Positions 1 to 8,042 of a DNA stretch of 40,933 bases are shown here, one piece after another (position 1 is the stretch's first letter; each line of letters begins with the position of its first letter). The DNA comes from a virus. Taxonomy: Duplodnaviria; Caudoviricetes. The notes under the pieces are model-generated. The model ran no database searches, was not told the DNA's origin, and saw only the letters and a program-made list of their open reading frames with translations. A program made the position numbers and the translations under genes. The stretch covers positions 1-40,933 of IMG/VR virus record IMGVR_UViG_3300005805_000173, one strand, 5' to 3'.

Positions 1-165
1 GGTGCGAACACGATAGCCATCCTGGCGCAGTTCGGTCATACGAGCCCGCAGGTTCTGAATACCGAACAAGCTACGGGCCTGAGCGGCACTGAGCTCGCGA
101 CCGGTACCACGCAGGTACTCGACCAGGAAGTCACGCTGAGAAGTCTTGATATTGGTAAACGCCAT
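1..165 (-). CDS. winged helix-turn-helix DNA-binding protein (partial, runs off window)
   Basis: Hand-translated, not in ORF track: MAFTNIKTSQRDFLVEYLRGTGRELSAAQARSLFGIQNLRARMTELRQDGYRVRT...; SD AGAGGA upstream; pattern resembles phage HTH proteins. Confidence 0.6.
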   Translation of the reverse strand, partial: MAFTNIKTSQRDFLVEYLRGTGRELSAAQARSLFGIQNLRARMTELRQDGYRVRT

Positions 166-224
166 TTTATTGTCCTCTTAGATTGATTTTAGATCAAGCA
201 ATTTGTAATTGCTGTTATGTTATT

Positions 225-253
225 AGTATACGCTGACTGGATTCCATAGTCAA
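225..253 (-). promoter_or_regulatory. sigma70-type early promoter
   Basis: TTGACT-17 nt-TATACT on minus strand upstream of the HTH gene. Confidence 0.75.
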
Positions 254-307
254 CGCATATGGTAATCTCAGTGTGCAAGATCACCATAAATAAAACAGGA
301 GACGAAT

Positions 308-472
308 ATGAAACTGATGATATTTTTAGTAACCGTGATATCTGTGATGGCCCAGGCACCTGCAACACAACGCAAAGCCGCGCCGGCTACCAAAGCAGCA
401 GCCAAAACTGTGAAGCCCAAAAAGCCCATGCCCAAAGCCAAAAACATTCCTCCTCCACCTAGCAAACGATAA
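308..472 (+). CDS. small secreted/membrane-anchored Lys/Ala/Pro-rich protein (54 aa)
   Basis: Hand-translated MKLMIFLVTVISVMAQAPATQRKAAPATKAAAKTVKPKKPMPKAKNIPPPPSKR; SD CAGGAG and TAAATA (287-292) upstream; signal-peptide-like N-terminus. Confidence 0.65.
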   Translation: MKLMIFLVTVISVMAQAPATQRKAAPATKAAAKTVKPKKPMPKAKNIPPPPSKR

Positions 473-655
473 CTAGCGAACCCTGAAAACGCCAGCGAAC
501 CACAAGTTCCAGAGCACAAACAGCAGATCGATCAGAGCAGAACCATATTCACCACGCATAGCACGGTGGATCATGAATGTGGACATGACGCCAGCCAGAA
601 AAGCAAAAACCGAGTTCTGATGTAAATACCACCAACGAAGCAGATTGTTTTGCAT
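473..655 (-). CDS. small two-TM membrane protein
   Basis: 60 aa ORF with two hydrophobic segments; start overlaps clpP stop (TAATG). Confidence 0.6.
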   Translation of the reverse strand: MQNNLLRWWYLHQNSVFAFLAGVMSTFMIHRAMRGEYGSALIDLLFVLWNLWFAGVFRVR

Positions 656-1242
656 TAGGCCCTCTTGGTGACGATCTGATCAGCCAGACCATAAGCAATG
701 CTCTGTTCAGCTGTCATGATGTTGTCGCGATCCATGTCCTGCACTAGTCGCTCATAACTCTGACCAGTGTTGGCCACATAGATTTCAGTGAGCTGCCGCT
801 TCATACGCAGAATCTCGTTGGCCTGGATCTCAATGTCTGATGCCTGGCCTCGAGCACCGCCCAGCGGCTGGTGGATCAGGTGACGAGCGTTGGGTAGCAT
901 CAGTCGCTTGCCCCGAGTACCACTGCTGGCCAACAGGCTGCCCATACTGCAAGCCTGGCCCATCACAATGGTGCTCACATCACACCTGACAAAACGCATG
1001 GTGTCCAGGATGGCCAAGCCATCAGTCACCGATCCACCAGGACTGTTGATATAGAACAGGATGTCCCGATCTGGATTTTCGCTTTCCAGATACAGCATCT
1101 GAGCCACAACCAGTCCAGCAGTGTAATGATTGACCTCATCATTCAGGACCACAATGCGGTCCCTGAGGAGCCTGCTGTAGATATCAAAAGAACGCTCGCC
1201 TTGCGAGGTCTTCTCAATTACAATGGGTACTAAGTTACTCAT
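655..1242 (-). CDS. clpP: ATP-dependent Clp protease proteolytic subunit ClpP
   Basis: [20 protein letters not shown], catalytic Ser (ACSMGS), His (IHQPLGG), Asp (DRDN); likely start [10 protein letters not shown] at 1242. Confidence 0.97.
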   Translation of the reverse strand: MSNLVPIVIEKTSQGERSFDIYSRLLRDRIVVLNDEVNHYTAGLVVAQMLYLESENPDRDILFYINSPGGSVTDGLAILDTMRFVRCDVSTIVMGQACSMGSLLASSGTRGKRLMLPNARHLIHQPLGGARGQASDIEIQANEILRMKRQLTEIYVANTGQSYERLVQDMDRDNIMTAEQSIAYGLADQIVTKRA

Positions 1243-1248
1243 GTTTTT

Positions 1249-1278
1249 ATAATAACACTCCGTTGTGTATTGGGTCAA
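1249..1278 (-). promoter_or_regulatory. sigma70-type promoter giving leaderless clpP mRNA
   Basis: TTGACC-18 nt-TATTAT with TG extension; ATG 6 nt downstream of -10. Confidence 0.55.
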
Positions 1279-1341
1279 AAATTTTGATAAACTTCGGGTA
1301 CCAGTCTAAATACTGGTACCTTCTAGAAGGAGAAGACAATT

Positions 1342-1779
1342 ATGTTGAATTGGATCAAGAAACTGTTTGGGAACAAGAACACCCAAACCTGTCCCGAAAC
1401 TCAAAACAATGTGGTAATTGATGAAATGCCCATGGAAAATGCTGCTCATATGGTAACTCCTGTGGTTGCTGAACCAGTTGCAGAGCCTGTGGCTGTAGTA
1501 GAACCTGTGGCTGTAGTAGAACCTGTGGCTGTAGTAGAACCTGTGGCTGTAGTAGAACCTGTGGTTGTGCCTGAGCCTGTGGCTGTAGTAGAACCTGTGG
1601 CTGCTGGCAAGAAGCCTGGCAAGAAGGAAAAGAAAACCCCTGCCAAGCCCAAGAAGAAGGCTGAAACCGAAATCAAGCTGACTGTTACAGTGGAAGAGCC
1701 TGTGCGCAAGGGTCGCAAAACCCCAGCAGACAAGCCCGCCACCATCAAGACCACCACGGTTAAGAGCCGTAAGAAGTAA
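1342..1779 (+). CDS. low-complexity protein with EPVAVV repeats and Lys-rich (histone-like) C-terminus
   Basis: ORF 145 aa; SD AGGAG and TAAATA (1307-1312) upstream; amphipathic N-terminus MLNWIKKLFG. Confidence 0.75.
   Translation: MLNWIKKLFGNKNTQTCPETQNNVVIDEMPMENAAHMVTPVVAEPVAEPVAVVEPVAVVEPVAVVEPVAVVEPVVVPEPVAVVEPVAAGKKPGKKEKKTPAKPKKKAETEIKLTVTVEEPVRKGRKTPADKPATIKTTTVKSRKK
1483..1608 (+). repeat. 18-bp coding tandem repeat (GAACCTGTGGCTGTAGTA, ~7 copies)
   Basis: Direct reading; encodes EPVAVV. Confidence 0.9.
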
Positions 1780-2791
1780 GCAATTGGGCCAGCTGTGTGC
1801 TGGCCAAATTCTTGGCTTTGGCTTCACACTGAATGTCAAAGCCAGGAGAAAAACTCAGGGCCCACTGATTAGCGGCGTTGTTCCAGAAATAATCACTATG
1901 GGCCCTGAGTTTCTGTTTCTTGAAACCCTGCTGAGTCAGTGCAGCAAAATCAGGCAGTGTGTTGACACAATGACCCACTAACAGATCTTCACGGCTCACG
2001 CTGTAGTGCATGGCAGGGCGAACTCCTCGCCAACTGTCAATGACCTGCTGCACACGACCATCATCAGGCTGAATGTATTCGCCTGTGCGAACCCAATGAT
2101 GATGGATATCCAGTACCACGGCACACTGATCTGCCACTGCCAGCACATCCTCCAAGCCGTGACCCATCTCGTCGTTCTCCACTGTGATCAGGTTGCGAGC
2201 TTCGGGGCTGAGCAGATTCAGGCTGTTGCGGAAACCCTCAGCACCCAACCGACCACTCATGTGTACGTTGATCTTGAAGCCATGATCGTGCCAATCGTTG
2301 CCATAGCCCATCCAGCGAGCACAGTCAGTGTGATACTCAAATTCCTCTGCACTGCGACGTACGATTTCAGGATTGTCGCTAGCCAAGCACACAAACTGCC
2401 CCGGATGGAAACTCATACGAACACCCAGCTCGCGAGCTCGGCGCCCCACCACAGCCATCTCCCGCTCACAGTAGGCACGGACATCAGCACGTTGCCAGAA
2501 GTATCGCCAGCGACTTTCGGTGTAGACTGGCAGCAACTCGCTGCCGATCCGGAACATTCGCTGCACTGGGGGCAGAGCACCCACTGCCTCCAGCATCAGG
2601 GCCACACTTTGTATGTTGTGTTCCATGATCTCCCACAGTCGATCTTCAGCCTGAGCCTGGGTCTGACGATTCAACCAAGCCACTGTGGTGCTGCGACCAT
2701 TTAGATCGCGGTCACTGGCGCTGACCTGCATGTTGCCCACAACGTCGTGCGGATGCAACCATTTGCAACAAAAGCCAATACGAGGTGTCAT
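1760..2791 (-). CDS. uvsE: UV damage endonuclease UvsE/UvdE
   Basis: RIGFCCK, FRIGSELLP, SFHPGQF, TVENDE, VLDIHHHW, HYSVSRE, RAHSD, IQCEAKAKNLA motifs of the UVDE TIM barrel. Confidence 0.92.
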   Translation of the reverse strand: MTPRIGFCCKWLHPHDVVGNMQVSASDRDLNGRSTTVAWLNRQTQAQAEDRLWEIMEHNIQSVALMLEAVGALPPVQRMFRIGSELLPVYTESRWRYFWQRADVRAYCEREMAVVGRRARELGVRMSFHPGQFVCLASDNPEIVRRSAEEFEYHTDCARWMGYGNDWHDHGFKINVHMSGRLGAEGFRNSLNLLSPEARNLITVENDEMGHGLEDVLAVADQCAVVLDIHHHWVRTGEYIQPDDGRVQQVIDSWRGVRPAMHYSVSREDLLVGHCVNTLPDFAALTQQGFKKQKLRAHSDYFWNNAANQWALSFSPGFDIQCEAKAKNLASTQLAQLLTSYGS

Positions 2792-2797
2792 ATTCTA

Positions 2798-2826
2798 ATG
2801 ATAGCAACTGGGCTGTCGTTTGTCAA
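2798..2826 (-). promoter_or_regulatory. sigma70 promoter, leaderless uvsE mRNA
   Basis: TTGACA-17 nt-TATCAT with TGc extension; ATG 6 nt downstream. Confidence 0.75.
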
Positions 2827-2831
2827 CCGGC

Positions 2832-3074
2832 TCATTTGCTCAAAATTTCCCAAACCTGCATCTTGCGCTTTTCTCGTAGGATCAAAAACGATACCACCCT
2901 CTCAAATGCAATGGCAGCAAGGGATATGAAAACAAAGATTGAGAAATAAATTTGGTACGGCAATTTCAAAAACAAATCGCTTATATTCAGTATGCACAAA
3001 GAAACAGCGTAGATTGGCAGAATTAGAACATGTTTATAAATCTTTTCTAAACGTACCAGTTTGGCGGTTTTCAT
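2832..3074 (-). CDS. two-TM membrane protein
   Basis: Likely start MKTAKLV at 3074; two hydrophobic helices. Confidence 0.6.
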   Translation of the reverse strand: MKTAKLVRLEKIYKHVLILPIYAVSLCILNISDLFLKLPYQIYFSIFVFISLAAIAFERVVSFLILREKRKMQVWEILSK

Positions 3075-3081
3075 ATAGATT

Positions 3082-3111
3082 ATACTAGCATAAACCAGCA
3101 ACGGTTGTCAA
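3082..3111 (-). promoter_or_regulatory. sigma70 promoter, leaderless
   Basis: TTGACA-18 nt-TAGTAT with TGc extension; ATG 7 nt downstream. Confidence 0.6.
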
Positions 3112-3123
3112 TCCTGGCTGATT

Positions 3124-3447
3124 TTATGACCACCTCAGTCGAAACCAGGTAGCATCAGTCTCCCGAACAAAATAAAAGGTTCGATTATCCCAAAGCCAGT
3201 CTTCACCAATACTGCTATTGGTATCAGCAAACACAGCAAACACGTCCAGAGGGTAATCCAGGGTCACCATGATGAAAAGATGCTGATTTTCTGTGAACAA
3301 ACGAAATACCCCACCAGGGTGAGGGGGCACATCAAGAATTTCGGCTATGCGTCGAGATCTGCGGTCAATCATGGTCTGGAACTCCGAAACAGACATCGTA
3401 GACAATGGATCTGTTCGTTGCATGTAGGACAAAGCATTATTGGTCAA
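3124..3447 (-). CDS. hypothetical protein, dispersed member of the 'FxLRW' family with N-terminal extension
   Basis: C-terminus WLWDNRTFYFVRETDATWFRLRWS matches the array family at 18158-21205. Confidence 0.7.
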   Translation of the reverse strand: MTNNALSYMQRTDPLSTMSVSEFQTMIDRRSRRIAEILDVPPHPGGVFRLFTENQHLFIMVTLDYPLDVFAVFADTNSSIGEDWLWDNRTFYFVRETDATWFRLRWS

Positions 3448-3721
3448 AGGAGCCTCCCAGATAATGCCAGGTTTGATGACGCCGGTATTCCTGATTGAGC
3501 AATCGGTAATACCAGATAGAAACGCCAGACTCCAACAATTCCAATCCCACTGATATCAAAAATATTGCAGCAAAAATTCTGCTGTTCACTGGATACCCCA
3601 TCAGGGTATGTATGGACATGAATGTCAGTGCTGACCAGACTACCCAATGCAGAGCCTTGATGAAACTAATCAGCCGTGAGCAGCACTTGGTGGTGTTGAT
3701 TTTCTGCCATAATCTGCGCAT
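3437..3721 (-). CDS. two-TM membrane protein
   Basis: 94 aa with two hydrophobic segments; overlaps next gene. Confidence 0.6.
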   Translation of the reverse strand: MRRLWQKINTTKCCSRLISFIKALHWVVWSALTFMSIHTLMGYPVNSRIFAAIFLISVGLELLESGVSIWYYRLLNQEYRRHQTWHYLGGSFDQ

Positions 3722-3727
3722 ATACTG

Positions 3728-3756
3728 ACTCTAGCACAGAATCGATTGGTAGTCGA
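3728..3756 (-). promoter_or_regulatory. sigma70-like promoter, leaderless
   Basis: TCGACT-17 nt-TAGAGT with TGc extension; ATG 6 nt downstream. Confidence 0.5.
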
Positions 3757-3757
3757 A

Positions 3758-4375
3758 CTAAAAATCAACCAAAATGATATGCTCTGCGTGACGTTTGAAC
3801 AAGGGTTTGAACAACACATTGGGCATCACCTGAAAATTCTGGCAACCAGCATCAAAGCAAAATTTGGCCAGCTGTTTGAAGTAGACTGCTCGGCGTTGCA
3901 CAGTGCCCACATGAGTCACATGAACCGGCTGCTGGGTCAGATGCTCAATTAAGTAGCTGTCGTGACTCCAGCCCTGGCGGTCATCCACTGATGGTCTGGC
4001 ATTTTCAGTGATGATCAAACTATGAGCATCGGTGTTGATGGCAAAATTCATATTGAGATCATAACGACTGGTATTTTTGAAGTCTCTGACTGTGATTATC
4101 AGTCGACTTTTCACTGTGTTTACCACCTGTTCTATCAGTGCCTGCTGATCCTGCTGGTCAGCATAGGTAAAGTATTCATCAGTGGCCAGCACCGTGTGAT
4201 ACTTCTGGTTCAGATCCAGCGCCGGATAGCTGAGCCAACAACTCAGAGTCTGAGCCACGTCAGTGGTCTGAATCTGGTTGAGGATAAATTCATAGCGTTT
4301 GGCCACTATGTTAGGGTCAACGTAAGTGGCCAAACGGTTATGTAAAAGGGTTAGATATTCAGATGAAAACACCAT
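3758..4375 (-). CDS. hypothetical protein, possibly degenerate class I SAM-methyltransferase fold
   Basis: 205 aa ORF with SD AAGGAG; KYHTVLATDEYFTY...RLIITVRDF resembles the post-motif-I part of Rossmann MTases but no GxG motif. Confidence 0.4.
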   Translation of the reverse strand: MVFSSEYLTLLHNRLATYVDPNIVAKRYEFILNQIQTTDVAQTLSCWLSYPALDLNQKYHTVLATDEYFTYADQQDQQALIEQVVNTVKSRLIITVRDFKNTSRYDLNMNFAINTDAHSLIITENARPSVDDRQGWSHDSYLIEHLTQQPVHVTHVGTVQRRAVYFKQLAKFCFDAGCQNFQVMPNVLFKPLFKRHAEHIILVDF

Positions 4376-4401
4376 CAGCTCCTTATAAACTATAAGGATA
4401 T

Positions 4402-6363
4402 TTATGGATTTGTGGTGTTTTCTTCCTGATGGTTGTTTTTGGCTGTCTTGATCCTGACAATCATGCTGACATAATACTGTGCCAGAACACCAGTGTTGCG
4501 TAGCTCCTTGCAGAGTTTTATGGCCGAATCAAACTTGTGAGCATAATAAAACTCCAGCATACGGTTGTGTTGATCTGCAATGGTCAAATACTGGGTCTGA
4601 TCCAGCACAGTGAACACTTTGATTGCTTCGCTGTTTTCTGTTTTCACAGTGTCCAGTTCCACACACTGGAACTCTTCCTTGACCTGAGCAGCCGTGTGTT
4701 CGCCCAGTATCATGTTTACACTGTACAGTTTGCATAGGTTTTCCAGCTGGTCAGCAGTTTTCACTGCATCACCCATGGCAGTATAGTTGAACTTGCGTCG
4801 ACTGCCAGTGTTGCCTACCACTGCGGTGCCAGTGTTGATACCAATATCCAAGCATAATGGTACTTCCTCAGGAGCCAGGGATTCATTGAATTTTTCCACC
4901 TGTCTGAGCATTTCCTGAGCACTACGCACAGCATGAATGGCATGCCGATCCAGATCCAGCGGTGCGTTCCAGAATGCCACTACACCATCGCCAATCAGCT
5001 TGTCCACTGTGCCGCTGTTGCGAGTCACTGAGGGTAACATCTGATCCATATACCCATGTATCAGGCGCACCAGGCCTTCGCTATTGGCTTTATAACTGGA
5101 AACAATGGCTGAAAAGTCTCTGAGGTCAGCGTAGAGCACTGTGAGTTCCTTGAGTTCTCCGTCGGTTTTCACAGCTTTGGGATCCTGCTTGAGCCGGCGC
5201 AGCACTGCTGACCCTACGCTGTCACCAAACTTTCTGGTGATGCTCCACTCTGAACTGCGTTTGCGAGCCAGGTGATAGTAGAAAGTCAGCGCAAACACAC
5301 TGGTACTGCTCAGCGTGGGCCAAACCCAATCCACTGCCAGCGAACTGGTGTTGAACAGCATCCAGGCACCGATGATCACCACACCCATGCCGCCAGCATA
5401 GACCGGAATACAGGCATAGGGCGTATTGGCTTTGGCTGCTTTCAGGATGCTGGTGATGATCAGCACACTGATCAGCATTTCCAACATGTCAGCCCAGGGC
5501 GGTGTCACAATGGTGTTGCGGGTAAACAGACTCTGAATAAACTGTGCCTGCACATGATGATTACGCTTGGCTCCCAGCGGAGTCTGGACCCAGTTGTTGA
5601 CCTGCTGAGTGGCCACACCCACCACCACAATCTTGTTTTTCACAGCAGTCAGGTCAGATCCAGTGGCGTTGATGGTATCGAACTCCTGGTCGAACCTTAC
5701 TCGCCAGCGATTCTGGTTGTTTACCACCCAGGGTTTCAGGCCAGTCAGGTTGACTGAATGAGTTTGATTCTGATGCTGAATTCGTGCTCGGGCGTCACCA
5801 GTCAGTGTACGCAAAGCCTCTACTCCCAGACTGTAGTACACACGATCATCGTTGAGCATCACCAGATCCATGCGTCTGACCACACCGTCAGCATCAGCCA
5901 CAGTGTTTGCAAACCCCACTGCGGCGGCTGCCTGACTCAGTGTGTCTACCGGATTGGCCACCTGATCTTCAGCCACACTGCGAGCCAGCACCACACCGTT
6001 ATTCTGTATGGCTGCGGCAAAAACCGGGTCAGTTTTGGCCAGATCTGGATCTTTAAACACATCCACAAACACAATTACACCAGCGCCAGCGGTTCTGAGT
6101 CGAGTGACCAGATCAGCCAGATGGCTTTTGGGCCAGGGCCATTGCCCCTGTTTCTGCGCATCTGCATCGGTAATTTCCACAATCACCACATCAGTTGCTG
6201 AGTTATGTGGGGCCACCCATTGCATCAGATCGCTGCCCCATAATGCTAATCGTTCGGTAATGTCATGTTGGCCGTATCGCAAGTAAAGCAACGCCAGACT
6301 AAGCATGGTCACAAACACTGCAAAGCGAAAACGGTACCATAAATCCCAGAGTTTAGTCTTCAT
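4402..6363 (-). CDS. CHASE2-domain membrane class III adenylate/guanylate cyclase-like protein
   Basis: N-terminal TM, CHASE2 signature GQWPWP and DADGVVRR, three TMs, cyclase motifs VLYADLRDFS, VDKLIGDGVVAFWNAP, IGINTG, YTAMGDAV. Confidence 0.92.
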   Translation of the reverse strand: MKTKLWDLWYRFRFAVFVTMLSLALLYLRYGQHDITERLALWGSDLMQWVAPHNSATDVVIVEITDADAQKQGQWPWPKSHLADLVTRLRTAGAGVIVFVDVFKDPDLAKTDPVFAAAIQNNGVVLARSVAEDQVANPVDTLSQAAAAVGFANTVADADGVVRRMDLVMLNDDRVYYSLGVEALRTLTGDARARIQHQNQTHSVNLTGLKPWVVNNQNRWRVRFDQEFDTINATGSDLTAVKNKIVVVGVATQQVNNWVQTPLGAKRNHHVQAQFIQSLFTRNTIVTPPWADMLEMLISVLIITSILKAAKANTPYACIPVYAGGMGVVIIGAWMLFNTSSLAVDWVWPTLSSTSVFALTFYYHLARKRSSEWSITRKFGDSVGSAVLRRLKQDPKAVKTDGELKELTVLYADLRDFSAIVSSYKANSEGLVRLIHGYMDQMLPSVTRNSGTVDKLIGDGVVAFWNAPLDLDRHAIHAVRSAQEMLRQVEKFNESLAPEEVPLCLDIGINTGTAVVGNTGSRRKFNYTAMGDAVKTADQLENLCKLYSVNMILGEHTAAQVKEEFQCVELDTVKTENSEAIKVFTVLDQTQYLTIADQHNRMLEFYYAHKFDSAIKLCKELRNTGVLAQYYVSMIVRIKTAKNNHQEENTTNP

Positions 6364-6406
6364 ATTACTAGTTTAGCATACCTGAATGAAAGTTATAAAT
6401 ATTTCT

Positions 6407-7144
6407 ATGCCAAATCATAACTTGTTTGCTTTTGATTTAATCAGCGATTTGTATTTGGAACAATGGCCCAGCATCGATTGGAGCACCGAACCCACCAGCT
6501 TAATTGCTGTGGTGGCTGGTGATCTGAGCTCGGATCTGGATCATACTGTACACGAACTCAAAAAAATCAGCAAACATTATCGCCAGGTGTTGTATATTGA
6601 TGGTGATCTGGAACATCAGGATCAGCTATCTGAAGTGGATGGGAATCGTGCTTATCTGGCAAAGAAACTCAATAACACCAAAAACATCACATACATGCAC
6701 GAGCATGTGCTGATCATCAATCATGTGGCATTCATAGCAGCCAATCTGTGGTGGAGCCCAGGCGAAAGCACCACCAGTATCAATGACGATGGTTGGATGG
6801 AGGAAATGCAGATGCTGACTCTGCATCACGAAGATCTCAACTATATGCGATACACTGTGCAGCGTATTCAGGACTGCAAGGATATTCAGAAATGTGTGAT
6901 AGTCAGTCACACTGTGCCCAACCGTGAACTCATACTGGGTCCAGCCCATCAGAATCTGTTCAGTGATGCCAGTGACTGGGTAGAGATTGAAGATCACATG
7001 CACAAAATCAGCACCTGGTGTTTTGGTCACTGGAATCGCTCAGTGAAAACCACTGTAAACGATTGTCAGTATGTGAGTAATCCCAAAGGAAAACCCAGCG
7101 ATTCGCTGGGTTTACAATACCATCCTATGAGAGTTTTGGTTTAG
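6407..7144 (+). CDS. calcineurin-like metallophosphoesterase fold protein (degenerate motifs)
   Basis: ISDLYLE, VAGDL, YIDGDLEH, VSHTVP, WCFGHWN, YVSNPKG; start at 6407 just after TATAAATA (6394-6401), or 6386. Confidence 0.8.
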   Translation: MPNHNLFAFDLISDLYLEQWPSIDWSTEPTSLIAVVAGDLSSDLDHTVHELKKISKHYRQVLYIDGDLEHQDQLSEVDGNRAYLAKKLNNTKNITYMHEHVLIINHVAFIAANLWWSPGESTTSINDDGWMEEMQMLTLHHEDLNYMRYTVQRIQDCKDIQKCVIVSHTVPNRELILGPAHQNLFSDASDWVEIEDHMHKISTWCFGHWNRSVKTTVNDCQYVSNPKGKPSDSLGLQYHPMRVLV

Positions 7145-7452
7145 CTTTTGGGTTCCACCTTGACCACCAGGGGATAACCATGCAGGCGGGCCAGGGTCAA
7201 AACCTCAATGGTTTTCTGTTCGGCAATTTCGTAGGGCATTTCAGCAACCACACACTGCCCTTGTTCGTGAACCCTCTGAGCCAGATTGGTCGCTGAGTCA
7301 GCATCATAGTCAAAAACTTCCACCAAGCTGCTGATGACAAATTCAAAGCTGGTCACGTCGTCATTGACATAGATCACGCGGTACAGCGGAGGTTCGGCAA
7401 TCGCAGTATTGATGGCAATTTTGGTTTTTTCAATTAGATCTGTTTTAGGCAT
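7141..7452 (-). CDS. clpS: Clp protease adaptor ClpS
   Basis: PPLYRVIYVNDDVTSFEFV, VHEQG, YEIAEQK, GYPL motifs. Confidence 0.93.
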   Translation of the reverse strand: MPKTDLIEKTKIAINTAIAEPPLYRVIYVNDDVTSFEFVISSLVEVFDYDADSATNLAQRVHEQGQCVVAEMPYEIAEQKTIEVLTLARLHGYPLVVKVEPKS

Positions 7453-7473
7453 AGTTTTTGTCAGTGTGTGGAT

Positions 7474-7494
7474 GGGCGGGGAGGATCCCCGCCC
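7474..7494. other. GC-rich hairpin between hsp20 and clpS
   Basis: GGGCGGGGA-gga-TCCCCGCCC; no U-tract follows on the minus strand, so a stabilising or attenuating hairpin rather than a classic terminator. Confidence 0.6.
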
Positions 7495-7500
7495 GGGTGT

Positions 7501-7938
7501 TTAGGCAAAGTTGATAGCCACTGTACGAGGCTTCAACGCTTCGGGCAATTTGCGCTCCAGGTCAATGGTCATGATACCATTCTTCACTGTGGCGCTGACC
7601 ACTTCAACGTACTCAACCAGGCGCCATTCCCTCTGGAATTTGCGGCGGCTGAGCCCGCGGTGGACGTAGACAGTTTCTGCTTCGGGCTGATCCTGGATCT
7701 CACCAGTGACCGTCAACATACCATTGTTCACTGTGACTTCCAGGTCCTGCTCACCAAAACCAGCAACAGCAATTTCAATGCTGTAGTGGTCATCATCACG
7801 ACGGATGATGTTGTAGGGCGGGTAGCTGACTCTGGCAGGCGAAGCTGCATTCAGTGTATCAAACAGATGATCGAAACCAATCATCCAGCGGCCCAATTCG
7901 GGGCTCAAAGCAGTAGTAGTCATTGATAGATTACTCAT
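7501..7938 (-). CDS. small heat shock protein Hsp20 (IbpA-like)
   Basis: IGFDHLF, YPPYNI, IEIAVAGF, YVHRGLSRRKF, NGIMTIDL alpha-crystallin motifs. Confidence 0.95.
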   Translation of the reverse strand: MSNLSMTTTALSPELGRWMIGFDHLFDTLNAASPARVSYPPYNIIRRDDDHYSIEIAVAGFGEQDLEVTVNNGMLTVTGEIQDQPEAETVYVHRGLSRRKFQREWRLVEYVEVVSATVKNGIMTIDLERKLPEALKPRTVAINFA

Positions 7939-7941
7939 TGT

Positions 7942-7965
7942 AGTAACTCCTTTTTAAGCAAGTTA
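7942..7965 (-). promoter_or_regulatory. ROSE-like RNA thermometer over hsp20 RBS
   Basis: mRNA UAACUUGCUUAAAAAGGAGUUA: UUGCU motif pairs with AGGA SD with a bulged G; upstream hairpin 7973-8000. Confidence 0.6.
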
Positions 7966-8001
7966 TTTTTCTATGGGAGGCCTTGTTAAGCACCTCCCAT
8001 G

Positions 8002-8036
8002 TATTTATACTAACACGCCGCAAACGGCAAAATCAA
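8002..8036 (-). promoter_or_regulatory. overlapping T4-like late promoter (TATAAATA) and sigma70-like promoter for hsp20
   Basis: TATAAATA at 8002-8009; TTGATT-18 nt-TAGTAT with TG extension. Confidence 0.55.
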
Positions 8037-8042
8037 CAGTTT

